Assembly: GCA_963847185.1 (NCBI GenBank)
Contig: CAWJYV010000007.1
Coordinates: forward strand, 576,001-640,000
Direction of reading: 5' to 3'
Length of the DNA stretch: 64,000 nucleotides
From: an uncultured Methanosarcinaceae archaeon
Lineage (GTDB): Archaea; Halobacteriota; Methanosarcinia; Methanosarcinales; Methanosarcinaceae
Shown here: positions 10,996 through 21,122 of the stretch, in pieces
Layout: every line of letters begins with the position of its first letter
Position numbering within the stretch: the stretch's first letter is position 1
Position numbers and translations under genes: made by a program
The notes under the pieces: generated by a model
What the model was told of the DNA's origin: nothing
Seen by the model: only the letters and a program-made list of their open reading frames with translations
The model's database searches: none

Positions 10996-11475
10996 TCATG
11001 CAGCAGATTTATTATATTGGCTAATATATCGCTTAAGAGATTCTACAAGTTCGTTTTTTATTCGCAGGTGGGAAGCCGTACATTTTAATTCCTGTAAATG
11101 ATTTTCTAATTCATTCAGGGTGTTAGCAACCATTATTCGGTCTTCGTTTTCAAGTTCTTTTGAGATTTCTAATTGATGATCGTCAATAACCTCTCCCAAT
11201 TCTTTATTTCGGGGTACCGCAATCACCAACTTTTCGTTTTCTAATGAAGTCATCAACGAACCGACGCCTGCGTGGCAAACAATTACTCTCGCTTCTGAAT
11301 AAAACTGATCCATTTTTTCCTTGGACTCAAATCTGAAGTAAGATGCGTGCTTGGGTTCATATTCAGTGTTTCCAATTTGCATTATAACTTCTTCATCCGT
11401 TTTTTCTGCAATTGCATCCATCCATCTAATTAGCCTTTCAAATCCATACATCATACCAATAGTAACAAATATCAG
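10996..11475 (-). CDS. Alg13/PssE-like glycosyltransferase subunit (GT28 C-terminal domain); probable CTG start at 11475
   Basis: (M)IFVTIG, QIG, CHAGVGS, VPR and DDHQ motifs; adjacent to Alg14. Confidence 0.88.
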   Translation of the reverse strand: MIFVTIGMMYGFERLIRWMDAIAEKTDEEVIMQIGNTEYEPKHASYFRFESKEKMDQFYSEARVIVCHAGVGSLMTSLENEKLVIAVPRNKELGEVIDDHQLEISKELENEDRIMVANTLNELENHLQELKCTASHLRIKNELVESLKRYISQYNKSAA

Positions 11476-11927
11476 ATAATTCTCCCCCAGTATTTTGCCT
11501 TATTCCCATATTTTGACAAGAGTGACTCCCATTGAACCAGAAAAACATCAGATATATGATACACTAGCTTTCCTCCTCCTGAGGGTGTTGTTATACGTGC
11601 TAACGTTTCAATGAAAATCACTTTTGAACCCAAAAGTTTACCAATATAACAGAAAGGAACTGCAATTTCTCCTCCTCCTGTAGTTACAATGATATTGGGT
11701 CGCTCTTTAACTAATATATAGAAAATTTTCATAATGTTTTTAATTTGTAAAAGTTTTCCTTTTAGAGTCCAATCTTTAAACTCAAGAAAATAAGCATTTT
11801 TTAAGTTTTTTGTTGCTTCTGAAGAGTAAGTTGCAAAGAAATAATCACAATGTTCAAATGCTCTAACTAACTGCATCATTTCAGTGAAATGACCGCCATG
11901 AGAACAAACTAGACATATTTTAGTCAT
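11472..11927 (-). CDS. Alg14/PssD-like glycosyltransferase subunit
   Basis: CSHGGH, ERP.IIVTTGG, IFIET and FLVQW. Confidence 0.9.
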   Translation of the reverse strand: MTKICLVCSHGGHFTEMMQLVRAFEHCDYFFATYSSEATKNLKNAYFLEFKDWTLKGKLLQIKNIMKIFYILVKERPNIIVTTGGGEIAVPFCYIGKLLGSKVIFIETLARITTPSGGGKLVYHISDVFLVQWESLLSKYGNKAKYWGRII

Positions 11928-12145
11928 TCATAAACCCCTAAAGATATAACCGTGAAAATTTCTAGTTGGCCTTCTTAATAGCTGGTAATATACAAAGATC
12001 GTGAATCTAGGAATAATTTCGATATCTTTAAGCAAAAACAAAGAGTTTTAGCTCTTTTAAAGATAGTAGACAACTGAGCAGGTATGTTTACATTTTTTTA
12101 CAAGTACTTCACGATATTTTCGGAATAAAGCCTCGGTTACTCTAT

Positions 12146-13111
12146 TTATGCCACCCTTGCTTCCTTCATAATTGAAGACACCGAATGTAATAATATCCCT
12201 GTCAGAGCCATGAAGGTCCCTATAACAATAAACAGAACCATTAGCATTGTTGGGCCAAACTGAAGGCTTCCTCCCATGGAAAAGGTGCGAATAAAGTGAG
12301 CACCCATATAGAGGCCTCCTATTCCAAGAGATAGGCCAGGAACTGTAAAGTAGTAAAGCGGCTTGTTGAACTCTATATCCTTTAAGACCATGACAAGGAC
12401 GCCGAAACCATGCTCGATTGGATTTTTGGTTGAGCAATCAACGTCGTAGCGAACTCCTATTTCAACTTCTTTTATTCGAATGCCAGATTTTGCCGCATCT
12501 GCAAGCATTTCGCTTTCTATTGCCATACCCTGTGCATTGAAACGAAAATTGTCTTTTGTAGAGGCTGCAAAGGCACGAAAACCGCTCTGAGAATCTGTAA
12601 TTTTGAGTCCAGAATTCAGATTAGTAAACCTGTCCAGAACTCTCTGGCCGACGCGACGGTAGAGAGGTGTGTTCCTGTCCAGACCATTCAAATAACGGCT
12701 ACCATTTACCATATCTGCCTCGCCTTTAAGAATTGGCTGAACAAGTCGTGGAATGTCTTCAGGATTATGCTGGCCGTCAGAGTCCATGGTAACTATAATG
12801 TCTGCACCCTCTGCGGCTGAAAAACCGGTTTTTAGAGCGCCTCCTTTTCCTGTGTTAACCTCATGAACGATCACTTCTGCGCCCGCATTCCTGGCAATTT
12901 CAGCTGTCCTGTCCGAGCTGCCGTCGTCTACAACGATCACATTGTCAGCGTAGTGTTTTGTAAGGAGTACTATGCTTCCTATAGATACTTCTTCATTGTA
13001 AGCTGGAAGAATAACAGTAATGTTTTGGGGAGCTGTGCCCCTCTTGCAGGAATTTTCGCTTTTTTTAATTAGGCATCGGGCGATTTTACCCATAGACGGT
13101 TCATTACTCAC
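12146..13111 (-). CDS. GT2 glycosyltransferase, polyprenol-phosphate sugar synthase-like, with two C-terminal TMs
   Basis: LPAYNEE, VVDDGSSD, intact DSD(GQH), GSR and DSQSGFRAF. Confidence 0.9.
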   Translation of the reverse strand: MSNEPSMGKIARCLIKKSENSCKRGTAPQNITVILPAYNEEVSIGSIVLLTKHYADNVIVVDDGSSDRTAEIARNAGAEVIVHEVNTGKGGALKTGFSAAEGADIIVTMDSDGQHNPEDIPRLVQPILKGEADMVNGSRYLNGLDRNTPLYRRVGQRVLDRFTNLNSGLKITDSQSGFRAFAASTKDNFRFNAQGMAIESEMLADAAKSGIRIKEVEIGVRYDVDCSTKNPIEHGFGVLVMVLKDIEFNKPLYYFTVPGLSLGIGGLYMGAHFIRTFSMGGSLQFGPTMLMVLFIVIGTFMALTGILLHSVSSIMKEARVA

Positions 13112-13726
13112 TTTGGACTATCCCCCAAATTATGTAATTTTTAGAGTATTCTATTATAAGGCTTGAAAGTTGTTTGAGATGAAATCTTTTTGAGATTTTG
13201 AATTAATTATAATAATTGAATTTTTAGAAAGAGATTATCTGAAAAAATATATAAAGTTATTTAAATTACATTCAACTTATAATAATGCGCAAAGATTAAT
13301 GTCATCTAATAAATATTCTTTAATATTTGGATAAATTTAATATTCAACCGATACCTTGTGAAAAGTAAAAATTAAAGTCGAAAAAATAGAGTAATTTTTA
13401 CAAAAGTATCAAATTAATTCTTAAAAACAAAATCAATAGAGGTTAGTCTTATTTCATCCGCGGTCCCGCTAATTTCTGTACCTTCAGGAAAAATACATTT
13501 ATGAAATGATGAATCTTAAGTAATATCATACTCTTAAAGGTACTCGCCTCGTTTACAATAGAAAAATGATAGAAATTGAATATTTAGGTAATTATCAGGA
13601 AGGAGTTATTAAGTTCACTTACAAACTTTTTTTTCTATTCAATTGGGGGGAATTTTACATCTCCAAATATAGTAATTGAGTAAGTTTGGAGCTCTTTTTC
13701 AAGATGAGATATTTAGTAGTTATATG

Positions 13727-13970
13727 TCCCACATTCCGCAGTATTTTTTTGAAAATCACGATTTTTTCCGATAGCGTTTTTGGAACATCTCAAAATAATC
13801 TAAAATCAAAATGAAACTCGATGAAAATTGAGTGCTATCGTTTTTTGGCCTCTAAATTCATACATACCCACCTTTAATTCCTGCACAAAAGTCCAATAAA
13901 TTTACGTTAAATTGAAAATCGATAGCATTAAACACTATTAAAATATGAAATTTTACTGCGGAAAGTGGGA
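13727..13970. mobile_element. MITE (244 bp) with 17-bp terminal inverted repeats
   Basis: TCCCACATTCCGCAGTA (13727-13743) vs TACTGCGGAAAGTGGGA (13954-13970), 16/17 match; no ORF; 14-bp direct repeat AGATATTTAGTAGT near both ends. Confidence 0.8.
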
Positions 13971-14117
13971 TAGATATTTAGTAGTAATAAAGAAAAAAAA
14001 TTAACTAAGTATGTACGATTATTTTTAGGAATTTTTATGATTTTTTTAGTATACAGGCACTAGCAAATAGTAAGAGTATTTTTTGAGGTTCAAGCCAAGT
14101 GCCTGAATTAGTAATAA

Positions 14118-15092
14118 TTATATGGCTGGTTCAGTTTGCGTTGTCTCTTCTAGTGAATGGATTACGATTCCTTTTATTGTCATATATGCGCCTGCAAGAG
14201 CAAGAAACACCATCAAGAATGCAGGGCCGAAGTGAAGACTTCTGAATCCGAGAAGAAAAGCTTCAAGGAACCTGAATCCCATATATAGGGCACATGTTGC
14301 AAGGGCAAAACCTGGTACTGAGTAAAAATACAATGGTTTGTTTATTTCTATGTCTTTTACAACAGCCTCCAGGATTCCTAAAGTGTACTTGATCGGATTT
14401 CTTACTGGGTTTTCAAGTTTATGGGAAGTCCCTATTTCAACTTCTTTTATTCGAAGACCGGATTTCTCAGCCTTTGAGAATATATCACTCTCTATTTCAA
14501 GATCCTGTGAAATGAACTGGAAATTGTCTTTTGCAGAAGCAGAAAAAGCGAGGAAACCACTCTGGGGGTCTGTTATCCTGAGGCCTGAATTAAGGTTTGT
14601 GAATTTGTCCAGTATGGTCTGACCAACTCGGCGATAAATTGAAACTTTTTTGCCCAAATCGTTTAAGTAACGGCTACCGTTAACAATATCAGCACTTCCT
14701 TTGGCAACCGGGGCAATTAGTTTTGGAATATCTTCAGGATCGTGCTGTCCCTGTGAGCCCATGGTCACAATTATATCGGCTCCAAGTTTGATTGCAACTT
14801 CGATACCTGTCTCAAGGGATGCACTTTTTCCTTTGCTGGCTACATTGACAATCACTGTAGCTCCGGCTTTTTTAGCTATATCACCTGTCCGATCTGAGCT
14901 TCCGTCATCTACAACGATTACATTGTCTGCATAAAGCCTTGTTAGCAGAATAGTACTGCCAATGGAAGCTTCTTCATTACAAGCAGGAAGAACCACTGTA
15001 GTATTTTGAATGGATTTATCTCTTCTGCAAGGATATTCTTCTTTCTTGGTGGTACTTTTGGCACTTTTGCCTATAAACAATTTATTACTCAT
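14118..15092 (-). CDS. GT2 glycosyltransferase paralog lacking the DxD motif
   Basis: Collinear with 12146-13111, but TMGSQGQH replaces TMDSDGQH. Confidence 0.85.
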   Translation of the reverse strand: MSNKLFIGKSAKSTTKKEEYPCRRDKSIQNTTVVLPACNEEASIGSTILLTRLYADNVIVVDDGSSDRTGDIAKKAGATVIVNVASKGKSASLETGIEVAIKLGADIIVTMGSQGQHDPEDIPKLIAPVAKGSADIVNGSRYLNDLGKKVSIYRRVGQTILDKFTNLNSGLRITDPQSGFLAFSASAKDNFQFISQDLEIESDIFSKAEKSGLRIKEVEIGTSHKLENPVRNPIKYTLGILEAVVKDIEINKPLYFYSVPGFALATCALYMGFRFLEAFLLGFRSLHFGPAFLMVFLALAGAYMTIKGIVIHSLEETTQTEPAI

Positions 15093-15844
15093 TTCTGATG
15101 ACCCCCTAGGTATGAAATTAAATATTTTAGAACCAATTTATGTGTGAAAATATTAGAAAAAATTTACAATTGTTTGGTCTGAAGATGTTCTGGATTATTT
15201 ATCAGACCTTAATGGATTAACTCTTAAAAGTTAAATTTTGGAGACGATTATATAAATTTATTGAGAGTAGTCTAATTGTAAAATAATTATAAAAAAATAA
15301 TATCATCGGATGAAACTTTAATCGGATCCATGTAATGATATAAGATTAAACTAACAGACTTTGTAAATAAACTTTGAAATCCCGAACTGACCATAACAAT
15401 AGCTTTTAATTCAAAAACTATTTTTAAAAAAGAGCTCCAGTAAGCTTAATGTATTATGTTTTCCTGGTCCCGCGAATTTCTGAGTTCTCAGGCAAATTTT
15501 CTTCAGCTAAGTTTGAAATCTGAAGTCGTACTCCATCGTAAGTATGACTTGCCGCATTTTATGGGAAAGATTTTTCGATTTAATTACTTAATAGGGAACA
15601 TTGAAAAAACATGTTTTCCAGAATATCAGTCAATGAGAATAAATTTACATAATAAATGAAAGTATTATTAAAAAATGCGTTTATTAATTGGTTTATATAA
15701 TTATTGTCTCTGAATAAAGATTATATATAAATACCTTAAAATCTTAAGTAAGTAGGCGAGAGAAAAAGAACGAAAGACTATCAAAAATTCAGTGGGAAAA
15801 CTTAAAGTAAAGTTGCCCAAAAGTATATTTAAAAACTAAAAATC

Positions 15845-16105
15845 AAATTGCGTGCGGTCACCCCACCCTAAAGGATGGGGTATGCTTCGGGCCGCCCGGT
15901 TACTCGGAAAAGAAGTCACATTGTCCTTTAATATGGTTTCATTGATCTAAGTGATTAAAACTCTGCCACCGAGACTCTGTCCGATTTCCGATCACTTTCC
16001 AAAGAAGAGACGATTAAGATATGTAAAGGGAAAAACGAAGAGGCGAGGGTTCACCTCATCCCCACCCTAAAGGATGGGGTATTCGTGACCCTCTGCGCTC
16101 CCAAT
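15845..16105 (-). mobile_element. Non-autonomous IS200/IS605-like element (two subterminal hairpins, no tnpA/tnpB)
   Basis: Identical CCCCACCCTAAAGGATGGGGTAT hairpin at 15861-15883 and 16060-16082; TTAC next to the minus-strand left end; related deleted copy at 31990-32095. Confidence 0.7.
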
Positions 16106-16263
16106 GTAATAAAAAAGAAAGTAGACTAAAAGAAGCATCCTGAATTATTGCATACATTGACAAAAAATAGAGCAAAAGAATAAGAAGGATGAGTAAAAGA
16201 TAGTTAATCTCTTGAAATAAAATGAAGAACGATAATAATTTTTTATAAGGCCAGATGACCTGA

Positions 16264-17187
16264 ATGACCGGAAAAAAAAATTTCTCAGACCTTTTGATCG
16301 TTATGGGGCTTGTGCTCCTTACAGATATCTTTGTACTTACACCAGGATTAAATGAAAATATGCTCAGGAATATTCTTGGGCTACCTCTTGTGCTTTTCTT
16401 TCCAGGATATGCTCTTATTGCTGCTCTTTTTCCTGCAAAATTGGATCTTGACGGAATCGAAAGGACAGCTCTCTCCTTCGGACTAAGCATTGCAGTTGTG
16501 CCTCTGATAGGGTTAGGCCTCAACTACACCCCATGGGGGATAAGGCTTTTGCCAATTCTTATAAGCCTATCAGTTTTTACTCTCATTATGTGTGGGCTTG
16601 CTTACCTAAGGCGAGCAAAACTTCCGGAAACGGATGTTTTCGAAGTGGATTTCAAGGAAATGGTACTGTCATTCAAATCCGAACTCTTGGAAAAGCCGGA
16701 ATCAAAGGTAGATAAAACCCTTAATATCATCCTGATAATTTCTATTCTATTCTCTGTCGCAACTCTTGTTTATGTAGTTGTAACGCCTAAAGAGGGGGAA
16801 CATTTTACAGAATTTTATCTTCTTGGGTCTGAAGGAAAAGCTGACAACTATCCTGCAAAGTATATCCTTGGAGATAACGGAACCTTAATTGTGGAAGTTG
16901 TAAATCATGAATACAGATTTGTAAATTACACAATGGAAGTTAGGCTTGAAAATAGATCTCTCCCTCTTCCGGAAAATCAAAGATATATAAGCCTTGCTCA
17001 TAACGAGACATGGGAAGAACCAGTTACTTTTACGCCTCCTTTTGAAGGCAGGAATCTGAAGCTTGAGTTTCTGCTCTTTAATGAAACTGACAAGAATCTG
17101 CCCTATAGAGATCTACATATCTGGATCGACGTAAACTCAACAATAAAACCTGAGGTTCCAAAAACCTCAGAACCTCAACAGGCATAA
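16264..17187 (+). CDS. DUF1616 family membrane protein
   Basis: FFPGYAL..ALFP, ERTALSFGLSIA, E.FTEFYLLG, VVNHE and PYRDLH.W. Confidence 0.85.
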   Translation: MTGKKNFSDLLIVMGLVLLTDIFVLTPGLNENMLRNILGLPLVLFFPGYALIAALFPAKLDLDGIERTALSFGLSIAVVPLIGLGLNYTPWGIRLLPILISLSVFTLIMCGLAYLRRAKLPETDVFEVDFKEMVLSFKSELLEKPESKVDKTLNIILIISILFSVATLVYVVVTPKEGEHFTEFYLLGSEGKADNYPAKYILGDNGTLIVEVVNHEYRFVNYTMEVRLENRSLPLPENQRYISLAHNETWEEPVTFTPPFEGRNLKLEFLLFNETDKNLPYRDLHIWIDVNSTIKPEVPKTSEPQQA

Positions 17188-17949
17188 GATCTCAAGTCAT
17201 GGATTTTTTACTTTCAGACCAGCAAAATTAACGAGGTCAGATTTTTCAAGTATATTTCATAAGATTTTTGGGTGTGCAGTTTACGAAGATATTCGAGTAT
17301 CCAGGATGAAATTTCTTAATAAATACTCCAAAACTTATTCTCATGAAGGCTTTCCTGCAGCCCGTAAGTGCTCTGAGGATCATCAATTTGGAATATAACA
17401 CCGTGAAAAAAATATCACATACCAGTATTTTCAAATAAGTTATATTCTCCTTCAAGGATAGGCAGCTGGAACGTAAGATGAACATGCACAAACTTTTCTT
17501 GTGAAATTTCAAATTTGTTTTCGGTATTCTGTAAACTAGTTACTGATCTTATGAGAGTACAGAATGTATCTATTATTTTTCAGATCCTGAAGTTCATAAA
17601 ATTAAATATTAGAGTAGATTAAGATGTTTACTGTGGAAGAATAAATAAAGTGTTTTTTGAATCAGTAAAATATCAGTTCAGTATGGTTAAATATTTTAGC
17701 TTCAGCTGTTAGTAAAAATCATCATTTTATCTATGACGAATTTTGAGTTTTTTGAAGATATTATGGGAATAAAAATTGTTGTACGATAATTAGAGCAGAA
17801 AAGATGTTCAGAACTTAGAGGTTGAAACATATGAAGAATAATGAATTGTGTATTGATGAACGGTAGAAGATCGAAGGAAAGACACGGTTGTGTTTAATGA
17901 AATAACGACACAAAAAGAGGGTCAGAGGATAAATGTAGGGTATGAGTTG

Positions 17950-18270
17950 AGGGAGAGGAGACGGATGGAACACAACGTAGAGGACTGTTGAGCCAACAGA
18001 GAGACAGGAGAGAGACAAACAGCGGGGAAAGGGAGAGAGAGAGAAAGAGACGAGAGAGAGAGACGGAGAGAAAAGAGAGGGGAGAAGGGAGAACGAAAGA
18101 AAGGAACGTGGAAGAAAGAGGAATGCGGATAGGTAAGAAAAAGACATGAGATGAAGATTGAAGTGTTTGAGAAAAAGAGAAAGAGATATAGGATGATGAA
18201 AAAGAGAAAATATAGGAACAGAAAGAGGGAGCGAAGCTTGAGAAATAGAGCGAAAAAAGGAAGAGGTGAA
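17950..18270 (+). repeat. Long GA-rich polypurine tract
   Basis: GAGAGA/GAAAGA runs with very few pyrimidines on the + strand. Confidence 0.75.
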
Positions 18271-18650
18271 GTAGTTTTCAGTTAAACTCTTTTACTATCA
18301 ATAAAAATTTATATGATGTTCTCAATAAGGCTAGATAGCATCATAAATGTATAATGTTCTTCATAATTAGTGTAGAACCCTAATTTGACAGATTCTGCTA
18401 ATCAATACAGTATTTTCTTATACAAAACATATTTCATCGACACATTACATTTTGATTAAATGAAATATGTCAAAAAATCGTAAGATGCGAGACAAAACTT
18501 TGAATTGTATGAAGAAAACAGAAGCATGAAGCCCATTTAAACATTATGCAATATATGCTTCTGTCAAATTTGGGTAAAATTTAGTAAAATATTCGGAAAT
18601 ACTAAAATAATTATATGAGTTTGCCCCTATTTGAAGAAGGAGTCATTCCT

Positions 18651-19835
18651 GTGCAAAAATTAATTAACCCCAATAAAAGGCGAAAAGAACCGAACTTTCT
18701 TCTAATTATTTCAGTTCTGACTTTGACTTTACTTGCAATTTCTCCTGTAGCCGTATCCGCTAGCAAGCTGGAGTTATCCTTTCCTCCAGAGGTGGGGCAT
18801 GTTCTGGGAAATGTATCTTTGGAAGTCCTGGAGAATGCGGGGAACTCAGTAGTTGCTCCTAATCCACAGGAAAGTTTTGGGCCCTCAAAAGAAATAGAGT
18901 TATACACTGATCTAGTTTATGTTGGAGCTGGATTTGGGGCATTAATTTTAATTTTACTAATTTATTTATATATGACTTCGAGGAGTTCTCAGTCTTCAAA
19001 AAAACCTCTTAAATGCTCCGATTCGCTTAAAATATGGCCGACATTACATAAAACAAACAGAGAAAATTCCAGAATGCGGAAACTTAGGATCTTTACCGGA
19101 ATTCCAATTCTGTGCATAATCGGTGCCGAACTCCTTATCTTTTCCGGGAGAATTGGAGTAGCTGTCTGGGTACATATCGGAATCCTGATAGCTCTTTCAC
19201 TTTCCAATATGTTCATAAAAGATCGGGAAATCCACAAAATACATCAGGCCCTAATGCTTCTTCCAGTCCTGAGACTTATAAACCTTTCAATGCCTGTATT
19301 TTTTGAGACCACTCTTTATACGTTTATTTTCATTTATGGTCCGCTGGCAATTCCTGTCGGAGTTATGGTAATCCACCAACGGAATTCCCTTGAGCAGATC
19401 GGAATTTCTATGAAGAATATTGTAGTCTACATGATTCTCTCAATCCCCATAGGTTTTCTGCTGGGACTAGGGGAATATATGACCATTAAGACAGGGTCTC
19501 TGATCCCTGATCTTACTTTCGGAAACCTGCTTAAACTAACTATTGTTATGGTTTTCTTTGTAGGCCTGATTGAAGAACTTATTTTCAGATCAATCCTCCA
19601 AACTACACTTGAAGAAGCCCTGAATGTGCAGGAAGCTCTGTTGATTACAAGTATCATGTTTGGATTAATGCACTCAGGATATGGTACCTTCTACGAAATT
19701 CTCTATACTGGTTTTGTAGGATTTATAATGGGTCTTGCTTTCTACAAAACCAGAAGTCTACCCTTCATCGCAGTTCTGCACGGTTTTGTCAATGTTTTCC
19801 TGTTTGGAATCCTTCCTCATTATTTTGGTGGCTGA
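18651..19835 (+). CDS. CPBP (CAAX protease/Abi) intramembrane glutamic protease with a fused N-terminal signal peptide, linker and TM anchor; GTG start at 18651 preferred to 18615
   Basis: EELIFR, FGLMH and HGFVN catalytic motifs; AAGGAG RBS before the GTG at 18651. Confidence 0.85.
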   Translation: MQKLINPNKRRKEPNFLLIISVLTLTLLAISPVAVSASKLELSFPPEVGHVLGNVSLEVLENAGNSVVAPNPQESFGPSKEIELYTDLVYVGAGFGALILILLIYLYMTSRSSQSSKKPLKCSDSLKIWPTLHKTNRENSRMRKLRIFTGIPILCIIGAELLIFSGRIGVAVWVHIGILIALSLSNMFIKDREIHKIHQALMLLPVLRLINLSMPVFFETTLYTFIFIYGPLAIPVGVMVIHQRNSLEQIGISMKNIVVYMILSIPIGFLLGLGEYMTIKTGSLIPDLTFGNLLKLTIVMVFFVGLIEELIFRSILQTTLEEALNVQEALLITSIMFGLMHSGYGTFYEILYTGFVGFIMGLAFYKTRSLPFIAVLHGFVNVFLFGILPHYFGG

Positions 19836-20126
19836 TAACATTAATCCTGACATGCCTGAGAGGAGAATGTGACCTTAAAAGAGAAAAAATATGAATAATG
19901 TTCCAAAATTATTTTTTTCTATGATCTCTTCATGTAGGTGGCTTATGTTGAGTAAGATTATGTTCTGTGGATTTCCATAGAATATCATAGATCTCATCTA
20001 ATTATATAATTCTAACTTTATAATTCAAATATAATATTAGTTTCGTGACAGACTCAAACAGAAATTCGTGCGAATTAAAAGTTCTCTCTAAAATTGATAC
20101 TATAAAAAAGAAAGCCGAATTCGTAA

Positions 20127-21122
20127 TTAAAAATCAATGAAAGGAACCAGATCACAGCCTGTGCATTTAAGGCACATGGTCATTGCAAGTTCAGGATTAA
20201 GTTCATATTTCTTAAGTATTTCAGCTTCAATTTTTGCAAGCTTTAGTAACCTCTCAGGGGAGGGTCGTTCAGTAAAACAATCTCCAGCCCTTAGAGGGTG
20301 TGGGTTCACCGGACGAAGGATAGGAATCACTCCCATTTTTGCAAGTTTTTCAACCCCTTCCTGGACAGATACGTCACTTTCCCCAAGTCCGATTATAAAG
20401 TTACTGAAAACCCTGTTCTTTCCAAAAACTTCTACAGCTTCCTTAAGTTTGTCTAGGATGTAATCAAGTGATAGATCTCCACAAACCTTTTTGAAGATTT
20501 CTCTGTCCATAGTTTCGATGTTGTATTTTACTTCGGAAACGCCTGATTCATAGAATTTTCTGGAACAGCCTGATGTTGGATATACTGAAACTCCAATAGG
20601 GACATTGTATTTTTTAAGGGTAGGAAGCAGTTTGAGCACACGATCTACTTCTCCTTCCACTGAAGTTTCAACTCCAGAAGTAAGGGAAATGGCTTTAAGA
20701 TTTCCTGTTTTTAATACTTCATCAACAATACTCATAACCTCTTTCTCACTTTTTACATGCCCGTGTAATTTGGGTACAGGGCAGTATTTACAGTCAAATA
20801 TGCACCTTTCACAAAGGGTTATGAAAGCCTGCTCAGGGCAGTGAGCAAGGGCAGGTTCAAGTTTTCCCCTAACGAGCTCCTGTCCCTCATAGAGGAGTTC
20901 AACATTCCCTCCACCCTCTGTTTCTTGAATGGAAAGGGGAGATTCCTTATTTATACTAAGCCTTACTCTTTTTCCTCCTGTCTTGAAGAAAACAGAGCCT
21001 GTGCCTGCTCCAGGGCCTGCAGTAGAGCCCCTAGTCCGTGGAACAAGGGAAGAGTCTACGGAAACCGAACCTATCGAAATCAAGAACGCCTTCAATTCCG
21101 GTGTAATTGGTTTGCTTTGCAT
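20127..21122 (-). CDS. Radical SAM protein of unknown substrate
   Basis: CIFDCKYC (CxxxCxxC), C-terminal CLKCTGC, GAGTGS N-terminal motif. Confidence 0.85.
   Translation of the reverse strand: MQSKPITPELKAFLISIGSVSVDSSLVPRTRGSTAGPGAGTGSVFFKTGGKRVRLSINKESPLSIQETEGGGNVELLYEGQELVRGKLEPALAHCPEQAFITLCERCIFDCKYCPVPKLHGHVKSEKEVMSIVDEVLKTGNLKAISLTSGVETSVEGEVDRVLKLLPTLKKYNVPIGVSVYPTSGCSRKFYESGVSEVKYNIETMDREIFKKVCGDLSLDYILDKLKEAVEVFGKNRVFSNFIIGLGESDVSVQEGVEKLAKMGVIPILRPVNPHPLRAGDCFTERPSPERLLKLAKIEAEILKKYELNPELAMTMCLKCTGCDLVPFIDF

Noticed and set aside
17815-18147. 110-aa Ser/Leu/Phe-rich ORF
   Set aside because: A by-product of the polypyrimidine strand; no family features
18615-18650. ATG at 18615 as the CPBP start
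   Set aside because: The RBS and homology to the 41722/46309 start regions point to GTG at 18651
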